DNA from: Candidatus Saccharimonadota bacterium
GTDB lineage: Archaea > Micrarchaeota > Micrarchaeia > Micrarchaeales > Micrarchaeaceae
Length of the DNA stretch: 32,000 nt
Assembly (NCBI GenBank): GCA_021654395.1
Contig: AP024486.1
Span: 300,001 to 332,000 of the forward strand
Direction of reading: 5' to 3'
In this document: positions 16,023 to 24,939 of the stretch, one piece after another
Numbering within the stretch: position 1 is the first letter of the stretch
Layout of the letters: every line of letters begins with the position of its first letter
Position numbers and translations under genes: made by a program
Notes under the pieces: model-generated
Databases searched by the model: none
What the model saw: only the letters and a program-made list of their open reading frames with translations
Told to the model about the DNA's origin: nothing

Positions 16023-16069
16023 AAAAACTTTAATATTTTTGTTTTCTTATTCTTTTTTATGTGTTGTAT

Positions 16070-16567
16070 ATGAATAGAAGTAATAGAGATAAGAAAGGCT
16101 ACTTTGTATGTGAGATCTGCGGTAGAGAGGTAAGCAAAGCATATATAATACTAATAGAGCGATCTGAGCTTGTAGCATGTGAGCAGTGTAGCAAGCATAA
16201 TAAGATAATAAAGGAGCTGACATCTAATGAGGATAAGAAAGCAGCGAATATAAGCTTAAAGGAAGATAATAAAGCTGAGCCAGAGCTCGATATAGTAAGT
16301 AATTATGCAGAGCTGCTATCTGAAGCATTAAAGAGAAAGGGAGAGGATATAGATAAGATAGCAGATATACTAAAGATAAAAAGAAGCTACTTTAGGAAGA
16401 TATTGAATGGAGATATAAAGCCAGATATAGAGACTGCTAAAAGATTAGAATCATACTTCTCTATAAAGCTCATAGTAGAGGTAGATGAGAGTAAAGATGA
16501 GTTAAAGCAGAGTAAGATAGATTCTATATCTCTAGAAGACTTCGTGAAGAAGAATAAAGAGGAATGA
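16070..16567 (+). CDS. Archaeal multiprotein-bridging factor 1 (aMBF1): zinc ribbon plus XRE-type HTH
   Basis: N-terminal CEICG...x...CEQC zinc ribbon, and a C-terminal HTH region (IDKIADILKIKRSYFRKILNGDIKPDIETAKRLESYF). The ATG at 16070 is preferred over the GTG at 16061. Confidence 0.7.
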   Translation: MNRSNRDKKGYFVCEICGREVSKAYIILIERSELVACEQCSKHNKIIKELTSNEDKKAANISLKEDNKAEPELDIVSNYAELLSEALKRKGEDIDKIADILKIKRSYFRKILNGDIKPDIETAKRLESYFSIKLIVEVDESKDELKQSKIDSISLEDFVKKNKEE

Positions 16568-16573
16568 TATCTA

Positions 16574-17611
16574 ATGTCTGTAGATCTTAGCGACATAGCA
16601 ATAAGAAAGAAGATAGCTCTTGAAGATCTTAGTGGTAAGACTATAGCAATAGATGCTTATAACGCAATATATCAGTTTCTAACCACAATAAGGCAATTAG
16701 ATGGAACTCCATTAATGAACTCAAAAGGTGAGATTACAAGTCATCTATCAGGACTTTTCTATAGAACAATAGATCTTATATACAATAATATAAAGCCGAT
16801 ATTCGTTTTTGATGGAGTACCACCAGCATTAAAGTCTAACACTATAGCAAGAAGGCAGCAGCAGAAAGTCCTTGCAGAAGAGGAGTATGAAAAGGCAAAG
16901 GAGCTTGGTGATATAGAAAGCATGTATAAGTACTCAAAGCAGGCTGTCAGAATAGATAAGTATATAATCGAATCATCCAAAGAGCTGCTTAGATTGATGA
17001 AAGTACCGATAGTAGATGCCCCAAGCGAGGGAGAGGCAGAGGCAAGCTTTCTAGTAAAGAAGAAGAAAGCGTATGCGTGTGCAACGCAAGATTATGATGC
17101 CTTACTATTTGGCGCAGATATAGTTGTCAGAAATATAGCTATAAGTGGAAGAAGGAAGCTACCAAGGAAGAATATATATATTAAAGTTGAGCCAGAGCTT
17201 GTTGATCTAAACGAGACGCTATCTAAGAATGGAATAACGCAGGATCAGCTTATATTTATAGGTATACTGATAGGGAATGATTTTAATCAAGGAATAAAAG
17301 GCATAGGACCAAAGACAGCATTAAAGCTTGCAAGATCGATGAGAAGCATAGATGATCTAAAGGCATATCTGAGTAGTAAAGGACTTCAGATAGATGCAGA
17401 TCCAGAGGATGTCTATAAGATATTTAAGGAGCCAGAGGTAATAGATGTTGATTATACAGATCTCTCCTTCAATGTTAATGATATAGACACGCAAAGCCTT
17501 TATGAGTTCATGTGTAATAGGAATAACTTCTCTGAAGAGAGAGTTAAGAAGTATATAGAGATGTTAAAGAGCAAGATCTCAAAGCAGAATACATTATCAA
17601 AGTGGATGTAG
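16574..17611 (+). CDS. fen: Flap endonuclease 1
   Basis: IAIDAYNAIYQFL, FVFDGVPPALK, PSEGEAEASFL, TQDYDALLFGA, an H3TH motif GIKGIGPKTALKL, and a C-terminal PIP-box-like QNTLSKWM. Confidence 0.9.
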   Translation: MSVDLSDIAIRKKIALEDLSGKTIAIDAYNAIYQFLTTIRQLDGTPLMNSKGEITSHLSGLFYRTIDLIYNNIKPIFVFDGVPPALKSNTIARRQQQKVLAEEEYEKAKELGDIESMYKYSKQAVRIDKYIIESSKELLRLMKVPIVDAPSEGEAEASFLVKKKKAYACATQDYDALLFGADIVVRNIAISGRRKLPRKNIYIKVEPELVDLNETLSKNGITQDQLIFIGILIGNDFNQGIKGIGPKTALKLARSMRSIDDLKAYLSSKGLQIDADPEDVYKIFKEPEVIDVDYTDLSFNVNDIDTQSLYEFMCNRNNFSEERVKKYIEMLKSKISKQNTLSKWM

Positions 17612-17677
17612 CTTTTATTTCTGTAAATATAATAATTAATAAAGTCTAAAAACTCTTTTAATTTTAGATATCTTATT

Positions 17678-19156
17678 ATGAGCCATATAGAAGCTTATGC
17701 TAATAGCCCAATTAATGCAAGTGTTGATACAAAGACTGAGCTTAGAAGGGAGAGAAAGGTAGTAATATCTCTTTTTATATCTACATTAATGGCAGCTATA
17801 GATGGAACAATAGTGCTACTTGCAATACCAACAATAGTTAAGGATCTGAACTCTACAGTAGATCTAGGAATATGGGTTATTCTATCCTATCTTATAACTC
17901 TAACTGTACTGTCTAGTCAGGTTGGTAAGATTAGCGATAGATACGGAAGGGCTAAGATGTATAATCTAGGCATAGCTATATTTACCATATTCTCAGCATT
18001 ATGTGCACTTTCAGTAAATATAATAATGCTGATAATAACACGCGCTCTTCAGGCAGTTGGCGGTGCATTAATAAGCACTAATAGTAGCGCTTTAGTGGCA
18101 GACAACTTTGAGCCAAATAGAAGAGGCAGAGTATTCGGACTAACGAGTGCTGGTTGGAACTTTGGCTCTATACTTGGAATCTTTCTTGGAGGTCTGCTAA
18201 CAACTATAGATTGGCATCTAATCTTTCTTATTAATCTACCAATAGGAATAGGTCTTCTATCAATAAGTCTTAAAGCTATAAGGGATGTAAGAGAGAAAGA
18301 TACTAAAAGATTAGATATCACTGGAGCTTTACTTCTAGGAGTCGCTTTATTATGCATAGTCTTATTCATGACCTTCTTTATATTATTTGGCATAGATGGA
18401 TTTACATTAACTCTTGTTATACTAGCAGCAATATTCACAGCAGCTTTTATACTAAATGAATATAGATCTGATGAGCCAACTATAGACTTCAAGATCTTTA
18501 ATAATAGGGTTGTGCGCTACTCGATACTAGCTAGTACTATTCAATCTATTGCAACCTTCTCTGTGCTTTTTCTAATAATATTATACCTGCAAGGGCCCAG
18601 AGATCTCAATCCTTTAGCAGCTAGTCTTTATCTTCTCCCAGGTTATATAGTAGGTGCTATTATAGCTCCTTATGCCGGTAAACTTTCAGATATAAAAGGT
18701 GCTAGAGAGATAGCATCTATAGGTTTAGCTTTAATAATAGGTGCATATATACTATACGAGCTGCTGCTCTCTCCTAGCATGAATCTATATCTACTGCTAC
18801 TGATAACATTCATAAGTGGTGCAGGATCTGGTCTATTCTTTCCTTCAAATATATCAGCAATAATGTCAAATGCAGATAAGGATAAGTATGGAATGACTGC
18901 AGGAACAAATAGGATGCTAGGAAATATAGGGACTATACTTAGCTTTGTTGTCAGTCTTACAGTAGCGTCTGCATCAATAAGTAAAGAAGAAGTCTTAGCT
19001 ATATTTGTTGGCACTCTATCTGGGCTAAATAGCTCTTTAGTAGATGCATTTGTACATGCTGTTAAGGTAGCTATACTTGTCTCGATAGCTCTTCTAATAG
19101 TAGCAATCATCTTCTCGTTAGCTAGGGGTAAAGAGCGTAGAAGCAGTAATAAATAG
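17678..19156 (+). CDS. Major facilitator superfamily transporter (DHA2/EmrB-like, about 14 TMS)
   Basis: 492 aa and hydrophobic throughout. MFS motif A-like GKISDRYGRAKM after TM2, and a second-half repeat GKLSDIKGAREI. Confidence 0.8.
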   Translation: MSHIEAYANSPINASVDTKTELRRERKVVISLFISTLMAAIDGTIVLLAIPTIVKDLNSTVDLGIWVILSYLITLTVLSSQVGKISDRYGRAKMYNLGIAIFTIFSALCALSVNIIMLIITRALQAVGGALISTNSSALVADNFEPNRRGRVFGLTSAGWNFGSILGIFLGGLLTTIDWHLIFLINLPIGIGLLSISLKAIRDVREKDTKRLDITGALLLGVALLCIVLFMTFFILFGIDGFTLTLVILAAIFTAAFILNEYRSDEPTIDFKIFNNRVVRYSILASTIQSIATFSVLFLIILYLQGPRDLNPLAASLYLLPGYIVGAIIAPYAGKLSDIKGAREIASIGLALIIGAYILYELLLSPSMNLYLLLLITFISGAGSGLFFPSNISAIMSNADKDKYGMTAGTNRMLGNIGTILSFVVSLTVASASISKEEVLAIFVGTLSGLNSSLVDAFVHAVKVAILVSIALLIVAIIFSLARGKERRSSNK

Positions 19157-19178
19157 CTAATTAGACAATATATAGTAT

Positions 19179-19427
19179 ATGGGCATACTGCTCTATATAG
19201 GTTTATTACTAGTATTCATAGGGTTTGGATTAATAATCTACTCAATAGCGTCAAGCTATAGCAGCTCTAGTAGCAGCTCTAGCTATGCTATAACAGTATT
19301 TATTGGACCTTTCCCAATAACATTAAGTAATAATCAAGATCTAGCGTTCTATTCTACAGTAGTTGGTGCATTAATGGTTATAATAGTAATGCTCTATATA
19401 ATTATATCTATACTTTCAAGTCGCTGA
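19179..19427 (+). CDS. Small membrane protein, DUF131-like, with internal poly-Ser tract
   Basis: 82 aa with two hydrophobic helices flanking VFIGPFPI, which resembles the DUF131 GPIPI core. Contains the tract SSYSSSSSSSSY. Its 3' end overlaps trm1 convergently by 20 nt. Confidence 0.45.
   Translation: MGILLYIGLLLVFIGFGLIIYSIASSYSSSSSSSSYAITVFIGPFPITLSNNQDLAFYSTVVGALMVIIVMLYIIISILSSR
19261..19284 (+). repeat. Tandem 12-bp repeat x2 (GCAGCTCTAGTA / GCAGCTCTAGCT) encoding the Ser tract
   Basis: Read directly from the sequence. In frame, and flanked on both sides by AGCTAT. Confidence 0.8.
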
Positions 19428-20529
19428 TTATACCTTTTAGCTCAGAGTAGCTGCAGCTACATTTGATTGCACTCTTATTAAAGTGTGTTCTGCTTGCCAT
19501 ATAACCATTGCTTCTTAAAAGCTCTATTAATTTATCAATAGAGATAGAGCCTTTCTTTAATCTAGAGGTAATCTCTGGCAGGTAGTAGTAAAAAGGTATA
19601 TCTAGCTCTTCTAAGATAGCTTTTATAATCCATCTCCATTCGTTAGCCTTATAAGTAGATGCTAGATCTTTTAAAGCATCGCTATAGCTCTCTCTTTCAT
19701 TAAATAGCTTGCCTATCCATAAGGGCCCAGAGATATTAACCCTTGAGTTGCATACACTACACCTCTGCTCTATATTATATCTTGTATATAGGCCTTGGTT
19801 TCCACATTCATTGCACTTATAGAAGAAGCCGTAGCTCTCAATGCTTTTCATTGCTTTATCGTCCCCTCTTTCAATCTTTAGATATAGCCTTATGTAAGTA
19901 TTATATGATAAAACTGCAAGCGGCTCTATACCGAAGTTATACTGTGATGCTATCCTCGCTATAAAGTATATAAGTATTCTTGCCCCTACTTCATGCGATA
20001 TATCACTATCAAACGTTATAGCATTATACTTCTTTAAAGCTGCTCTATGCTTATTACCACATAAGACTGCTGTATCTGTAGCAGTAACAAACAATAAGGC
20101 TCTCTTACTTGCTAGAGTAAAAGCGCTATTAACCAATAGGGCAGGACTTCCAAAGGGGTCTATGTCTATTAAGTTGAAGCGCTTATCTGATCTAAGAGAG
20201 AAAGATCTTATATCATCTCTTATTACAGTAGCATTTACATTATTTAGAGACAGATTTCTATGGATTATATCTATCGCATCTTCATTTATATCTAAGACAG
20301 TAATGGGATCTGCATTGGCCTCCTTTGCGTATCTTATAGCTCTTATTCCTGTAGCTGATGTAGCATCTAGCACAGAGAATCTGCCTTTAAAGAACTCTTT
20401 AGCTATAACAACAGAGATATCTCTATTAAGCTTAGCCTTTGGATTAAGGAACACATTGCTGTTATAGATTATTCTCGCTAAGCCTTCTTCGTATATGCTA
20501 CTCTTCATAGAAGATCTTGCGAACTGCAT
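19408..20529 (-). CDS. trm1: tRNA (guanine26-N2)-dimethyltransferase Trm1
   Basis: VFLNPKAKLNRDISV, SAM-binding VLDATSATGIRAIRYA, the IDIDPFGSP motif, and a Cys-rich insert CNECG...CSVC. The true start may be M8 at 20508. Confidence 0.85.
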   Translation of the reverse strand: MQFARSSMKSSIYEEGLARIIYNSNVFLNPKAKLNRDISVVIAKEFFKGRFSVLDATSATGIRAIRYAKEANADPITVLDINEDAIDIIHRNLSLNNVNATVIRDDIRSFSLRSDKRFNLIDIDPFGSPALLVNSAFTLASKRALLFVTATDTAVLCGNKHRAALKKYNAITFDSDISHEVGARILIYFIARIASQYNFGIEPLAVLSYNTYIRLYLKIERGDDKAMKSIESYGFFYKCNECGNQGLYTRYNIEQRCSVCNSRVNISGPLWIGKLFNERESYSDALKDLASTYKANEWRWIIKAILEELDIPFYYYLPEITSRLKKGSISIDKLIELLRSNGYMASRTHFNKSAIKCSCSYSELKGIISDLKV

Positions 20530-20731
20530 CTAATATGCCATGGGCATAGCTTATGCATGAGAATGCAGTATAGTAATCTTTCTTGTTTATATAGTAGATT
20601 GAATCGTTTCTGTACATCTTTGCTAGCTCCAGAGCTCTAAGTACTTTTATATCCTTTACTATATTTATGAGCTCTCTGTAGCTTAAGTCAAACTTATCTA
20701 CATCTTTCATTATGCGCTCTTCAATATCCAT
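20498..20731 (-). CDS. DUF357-like small helical protein
   Basis: 77 aa. ...AKMYRNDSIYYINKKDYYTAFSCISYAHGILDAV resembles the DUF357 helical-hairpin signature. Its 3' end overlaps the trm1 start. Confidence 0.45.
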   Translation of the reverse strand: MDIEERIMKDVDKFDLSYRELINIVKDIKVLRALELAKMYRNDSIYYINKKDYYTAFSCISYAHGILDAVRKIFYEE

Positions 20732-20773
20732 ACTATAATCTTATTAGGTAATACTTCTTAAATAATTGATTAT

Positions 20774-21352
20774 ATGCCATTTATAATTGGTATAACAGGA
20801 ACTCCAGGTTGCGGTAAGAGCTATCTTGCTAAAAGGATAAGTAAGCTTCTTAAAAGCTCTTACGTGATAGAGGTAAGTAGTATAGTTAAAAGATACAAGC
20901 TTTACTCTAGCTATGATAGATCTCTTGAATCATATGTTATAGATCCTAAAAGACTAAATTTAAAGCTTATGGAGCTTATAAGCAATAGCAAAAAAGAGAA
21001 TATAATTATAGTAACACATCTAATAGATTATATCAAACTTAACTTTGATCTTATAATCTTGGTAAGATGCCATCTAGATGATCTGCTTTCTAGACTTAAG
21101 AGAAGGGATTACAATAAGGAGAAGATAAGGGAGAATATAATAAGTGAGGCAGAAGCAGCAATAAAGAGCTCCTTAGTAAGATTCAAAAAGTCCAGTATAA
21201 TAGAGATCTTTAGCAATGAGTATAAGCTAAAGGATATATTATCTGATATAGATAAGATTAAGAGAGGTGCCTATATAAGAAAGTTAATAGATATTGACTT
21301 GTTAGAAGAGTTAGCAGATATAGCATCTAAGCATAAGGATATCGGTTTATAA
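20774..21352 (+). CDS. P-loop kinase, Fap7/AK6-like putative adenylate kinase
   Basis: N-terminal IIGITGTPGCGKSYLAKRI P-loop. About 190 aa with no other recognisable domain. Confidence 0.55.
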   Translation: MPFIIGITGTPGCGKSYLAKRISKLLKSSYVIEVSSIVKRYKLYSSYDRSLESYVIDPKRLNLKLMELISNSKKENIIIVTHLIDYIKLNFDLIILVRCHLDDLLSRLKRRDYNKEKIRENIISEAEAAIKSSLVRFKKSSIIEIFSNEYKLKDILSDIDKIKRGAYIRKLIDIDLLEELADIASKHKDIGL

Positions 21353-22711
21353 TATACTTAAAGCCCTAACTATACCTTCAGAGATCTTTACCTTATTATG
21401 CATATTGCATAGCATCTCTACTCTTAAGCTCTCTTTCTTTATATCTTTAAGCTTAATCTCTTTTAGTATCTTTTTATCATTTATAAGCTCATAAGCGCTT
21501 CTATAGCTTCTGGATCTAATGTATCTTAACTTATTATTATCTATAAATATCAGAGATCTATTTCTGTCGAAGCTTTTTAGCATATCTATTGCAGCAGCTC
21601 TAAGCTCTAATGGTGGTCCATCCAGCAAAATACTCTTACTTTCATTATCATATACAATTATAGACACATAACCTTTCTTATCTATAATATCAGGTATCAC
21701 AGCTACAGGAAGAAAATGCTCTCTTATCAGCTTATCTTTTATGAACCTTGCAAGTCTATCTATCTGTTCGTATAGTATATCCTCTGCTATATCGTTTAGA
21801 TCAAAGCTCATAACATAGCTTGATAAGCCTAGATCATCTAATAGGTCGCATAAGCTCTCTGCTTTTACTTTTATTTCATTTGAATATAGATACAAGCTCT
21901 TCTCAGAAGGCTCCCTGAGCAGCATAGCAGATAGCAATGAGAACTTATAGAGATTTGATTCAGAAAGATTCGCAGCCACATTCCTATTTCTATCTGTAGG
22001 GTCTATAACAATAAATCTACTATTAAATCTCTTAATAAAGCTTTCATATTCTTCAATCTCTCTTCTATTAGCAATATCAAGGATCTTTGGTAGCTTTATC
22101 TTTTCAAAGCTATCTATTAGCTTATATATATCTTCATAGTGGTATATAAGAAGCTCACAAAGATAACCAGAGAAGCCCTTTACTCTTACCTCTGCTCCAT
22201 AGAGATAGTTCATCTTCAATATATACTTAAGAACTCTTACATCATCTTTCTGCTCTTTACTTAATCTACTATTTACAAACTCATTATGGAAGGGCGTTCT
22301 ATCAACTGCGCTGCCCCTCTCACTAGTAGATTCTATTCTGTAAGCAGGCACTATATCAGCATAGATCGAGTATCTACTCGAAAATAGTCTAATATAAGGA
22401 TGCTCCGCATACTTCTTTGTTATAATCTCATCTTCATTTCGTATAGATCTTACTGCGTTCTCAACCTCTTCTTCAAGCTTATCCTTCGTATATACTTTAG
22501 GGAATCTTATAAATATATCTATATCATGAGATCCTTTTATATTAGTGCCTCTTGCGAAAGAGCCTGCTAATAGTATATCAATAGAATCATCCTTAAAGTA
22601 GCTTCTAAGCCTATATATAAGATTATCTGCGAACTCTCTTATTCTAAGCTGCTCCTCTTCTGTTGGTACTACAGATCTTTTTAGCTGCTCTATAAGATCC
22701 TCTAAGCTCAT
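21347..22711 (-). CDS. cca: CCA-adding enzyme (class I tRNA nucleotidyltransferase)
   Basis: 454 aa. Pol-beta-type motif LLAGSFARGTNIKGSHDIDIFI, and AEHPYI and RTPFH segments typical of archaeal CCA enzymes. Confidence 0.9.
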   Translation of the reverse strand: MSLEDLIEQLKRSVVPTEEEQLRIREFADNLIYRLRSYFKDDSIDILLAGSFARGTNIKGSHDIDIFIRFPKVYTKDKLEEEVENAVRSIRNEDEIITKKYAEHPYIRLFSSRYSIYADIVPAYRIESTSERGSAVDRTPFHNEFVNSRLSKEQKDDVRVLKYILKMNYLYGAEVRVKGFSGYLCELLIYHYEDIYKLIDSFEKIKLPKILDIANRREIEEYESFIKRFNSRFIVIDPTDRNRNVAANLSESNLYKFSLLSAMLLREPSEKSLYLYSNEIKVKAESLCDLLDDLGLSSYVMSFDLNDIAEDILYEQIDRLARFIKDKLIREHFLPVAVIPDIIDKKGYVSIIVYDNESKSILLDGPPLELRAAAIDMLKSFDRNRSLIFIDNNKLRYIRSRSYRSAYELINDKKILKEIKLKDIKKESLRVEMLCNMHNKVKISEGIVRALSIL

Positions 22712-22793
22712 AATTATAACTTTTAATAATAGATTATTAAAGCTGCTATATACGCAAATAAAACTTTACATTAAGATCATTTAATAATTTAAC

Positions 22794-22801
22794 CTTTTAT
22801 A
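22794..22801 (+). promoter_or_regulatory. TATA-like box TTTTATAC about 28 nt upstream of the ABC ATPase ATG
   Basis: Position fits a leaderless transcript for the five-gene module. Sequence only. Confidence 0.3.
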
Positions 22802-22825
22802 CCTATTATTAAATACAAAATCTAC

Positions 22826-23821
22826 ATGAAAGATATAATAAAGATAGAGAGCTTAGTTAAGAGATTTGGTGACTTTGTAGCTTTGAATAATATAAATCTA
22901 ACAATAAAGGAAGGCGAGCTTTTCGGCATATTAGGACCTAACGGTGCAGGAAAGACTACAACAATAAATATTATAGCAACATTAACTAAGCCTACTGAGG
23001 GCAGAGTTATAGTTAACGGTTATGATGTAGTAAAGAATCCAGAAGGAGTAAAGAAGACCATAAATGTAATGACGCAAGAGACAATAGTAGAGCCAGACTT
23101 AACAGCTAGACAGAATCTAGACCTATTTGCTAGACTATATGGCATAACAGACAAAGCTGAAAGAGAGAGGAAGGTAATGGAAGGCTTAGAAAGAGCAGAT
23201 CTCGTAAGATTTGCAGATAGATATGCTGGAAGCTTCTCTGGAGGTATGCAAAGGAGATTGGCATTATCAATGTCTTTAATAAACGATCCAAAGATTATAA
23301 TCCTAGACGAGCCTACTGTTGGCTTAGATGTTCAGAATAGAGTAAGATTATGGGAGGAGATAAAGAAGCTAAATAAGGAAGAGAATAGAACAGTTATACT
23401 TACAACGCAGTATCTTGAAGAAGCAGATGCGCTATGCGATAGGATAGCTATAATAGATCATGGTCAGATAAAAGCGATAGGCACAGCGACAGAGCTTAAG
23501 AAGCTAGTCTCTAAGAGTCTAATAATAGAGATAATACCACAGAAGGACTACATAGAAAAGGTTTCATCACTTTTAAAGGAGGAGTTTGAGATAGAAATAA
23601 ACATAGAGAATGAGAGAATAACTGCCTTATATGAAGGGGATCCTCTTGAGATCGCAGGCAAGATCACAGATCTACTTAGAAGAAAGAAGATACCAGTAAA
23701 TTCTTTCTCTATAAGATTACCAACAATGGACGATGTATTTATAAAGCTGACCGGAGCATCCTTAAGAGATTCAGCAAGTGAGAGCAATAATCTAAGAGCA
23801 AATATAATGGCACGTAGATAA
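22826..23821 (+). CDS. ABC transporter ATP-binding protein (ABC-2/DrrA-NatA type)
   Basis: Walker A GPNGAGKTT, signature FSGGMQRRL, Walker B IIILDEPTVGLD, plus a C-terminal extension of about 100 aa as in DrrA/NatA-type ATPases. Confidence 0.9.
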   Translation: MKDIIKIESLVKRFGDFVALNNINLTIKEGELFGILGPNGAGKTTTINIIATLTKPTEGRVIVNGYDVVKNPEGVKKTINVMTQETIVEPDLTARQNLDLFARLYGITDKAERERKVMEGLERADLVRFADRYAGSFSGGMQRRLALSMSLINDPKIIILDEPTVGLDVQNRVRLWEEIKKLNKEENRTVILTTQYLEEADALCDRIAIIDHGQIKAIGTATELKKLVSKSLIIEIIPQKDYIEKVSSLLKEEFEIEINIENERITALYEGDPLEIAGKITDLLRRKKIPVNSFSIRLPTMDDVFIKLTGASLRDSASESNNLRANIMARR

Positions 23822-23823
23822 TT

Positions 23824-24933
23824 ATGTCCATAGTATCTGATACTATAGCTTTATATAGAAGAGAGCTATTGATCTTTAAGAAGAATCTTATAACAAATAC
23901 TGCTAGAGCGATAATATTCCCAGCAGTACTTATACTAATATTTGGTAATCTTGGCAATAACTATCTATCTCATACAAAGATAGCTGTAGTAGAGTATACT
24001 TATAATCAGTATGTTACACAGCTCTTAAGCTCAATCGAGAGTACAGGTCAGTTTGATGTTGTCGCAGTAACAGATCAGCGTAGTGCATTGAGTATGTTAA
24101 GTAACGGTACTGTAGATGCTGTACTTGTAATAGAGCCATCATCTAATGGTATCAGCAGCCCTCCTAGTGTCATAATATACTACTCAGATACAAACTTTGA
24201 GGTAAGTGGTGTTGCGGTATCTGCATTAGAGTCTGCAGCAGAGAGCATATCTAAGAGCGCACAAGTAGCCATAAAGAGCATAAATAGTAATGTTCAATCT
24301 AGTCTAGTATTCTCTAAACAGATTAGCTACTCATCTTATCTTACTGGAGGTATAGTAGTTATGGTTGCGGTATTCGGCTCTGTATTTGGAGCTGGGGTCA
24401 CTCTAATAACAGATAAGCAGATAGGCTTCATAAAAAGAGTAAGTATGTCACCAGCAAATAAGAATGCGATACTACTAAGTAAGATACTCTATGGACTAAC
24501 AGTATCAACATTATACGGAATAATAGCGCTTGCTATAGGTATATTAAATGGAGCGCAGATAGCTGCAGGCCCTATAGCAATTACATATATTGTAGTAATA
24601 CTTGCTTTAATATCTCTTGGATTTAGCAGCTTATCAACGCTTATAGCCGTAAGGATAAATAGAGTAGATGCATTTACGATATTTGCAAATGTTATAACTC
24701 TACCGCTTTGGCTCTTATCAGGAGCATTCTTTCCAACGACAGCATTTCCAAAGCCGTTACAGTTTATCTCAAATATAGATCCTATGACATACGCATCTCA
24801 AGGAATAAGATATCTGATGATCTCAGGATATTATCCAGCAAACTATCAGATACTTGATCTTTCAATACTTATAGGCTTTAGTCTAGTGCTTTTTATTATA
24901 GCTTCGTATATGTTTAAATCAGTAGTTAAGTGA
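23824..24933 (+). CDS. ABC-2 type permease (NatB-like topology)
   Basis: One N-terminal TM, an extracytoplasmic loop of about 120 aa, then five more hydrophobic helices. Starts 2 nt after the ATPase stop. Confidence 0.75.
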   Translation: MSIVSDTIALYRRELLIFKKNLITNTARAIIFPAVLILIFGNLGNNYLSHTKIAVVEYTYNQYVTQLLSSIESTGQFDVVAVTDQRSALSMLSNGTVDAVLVIEPSSNGISSPPSVIIYYSDTNFEVSGVAVSALESAAESISKSAQVAIKSINSNVQSSLVFSKQISYSSYLTGGIVVMVAVFGSVFGAGVTLITDKQIGFIKRVSMSPANKNAILLSKILYGLTVSTLYGIIALAIGILNGAQIAAGPIAITYIVVILALISLGFSSLSTLIAVRINRVDAFTIFANVITLPLWLLSGAFFPTTAFPKPLQFISNIDPMTYASQGIRYLMISGYYPANYQILDLSILIGFSLVLFIIASYMFKSVVK

Positions 24934-24939
24934 TATGGT

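Noticed and set aside
14716-16060. Intergenic spacers (14716-14813, 15689-15783, 15982-16060; also 17612-17677, 22712-22825, 29203-29314) scanned for C/D-box or H/ACA sRNAs
   Set aside because: I found no RUGAUGA...CUGA box pairs with appropriate spacing. The spacers are short and AT-rich, and are explained by divergent or leaderless promoters. A covariance-model scan would be needed to be certain.
18049-19110. Two long minus-strand ORFs of 147 aa and 146 aa within the MFS transporter gene
   Set aside because: They are antisense to a continuous 14-helix transporter ORF. Neither shows motifs, TM structure or a plausible start context, so I treat them as antisense artefacts. Overprinting cannot be formally excluded without expression data.
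19743-20467. Plus-strand ORFs 19743-19964 and 20162-20467
   Set aside because: They are antisense to trm1, which carries the SAM-binding and DPFGSP motifs.
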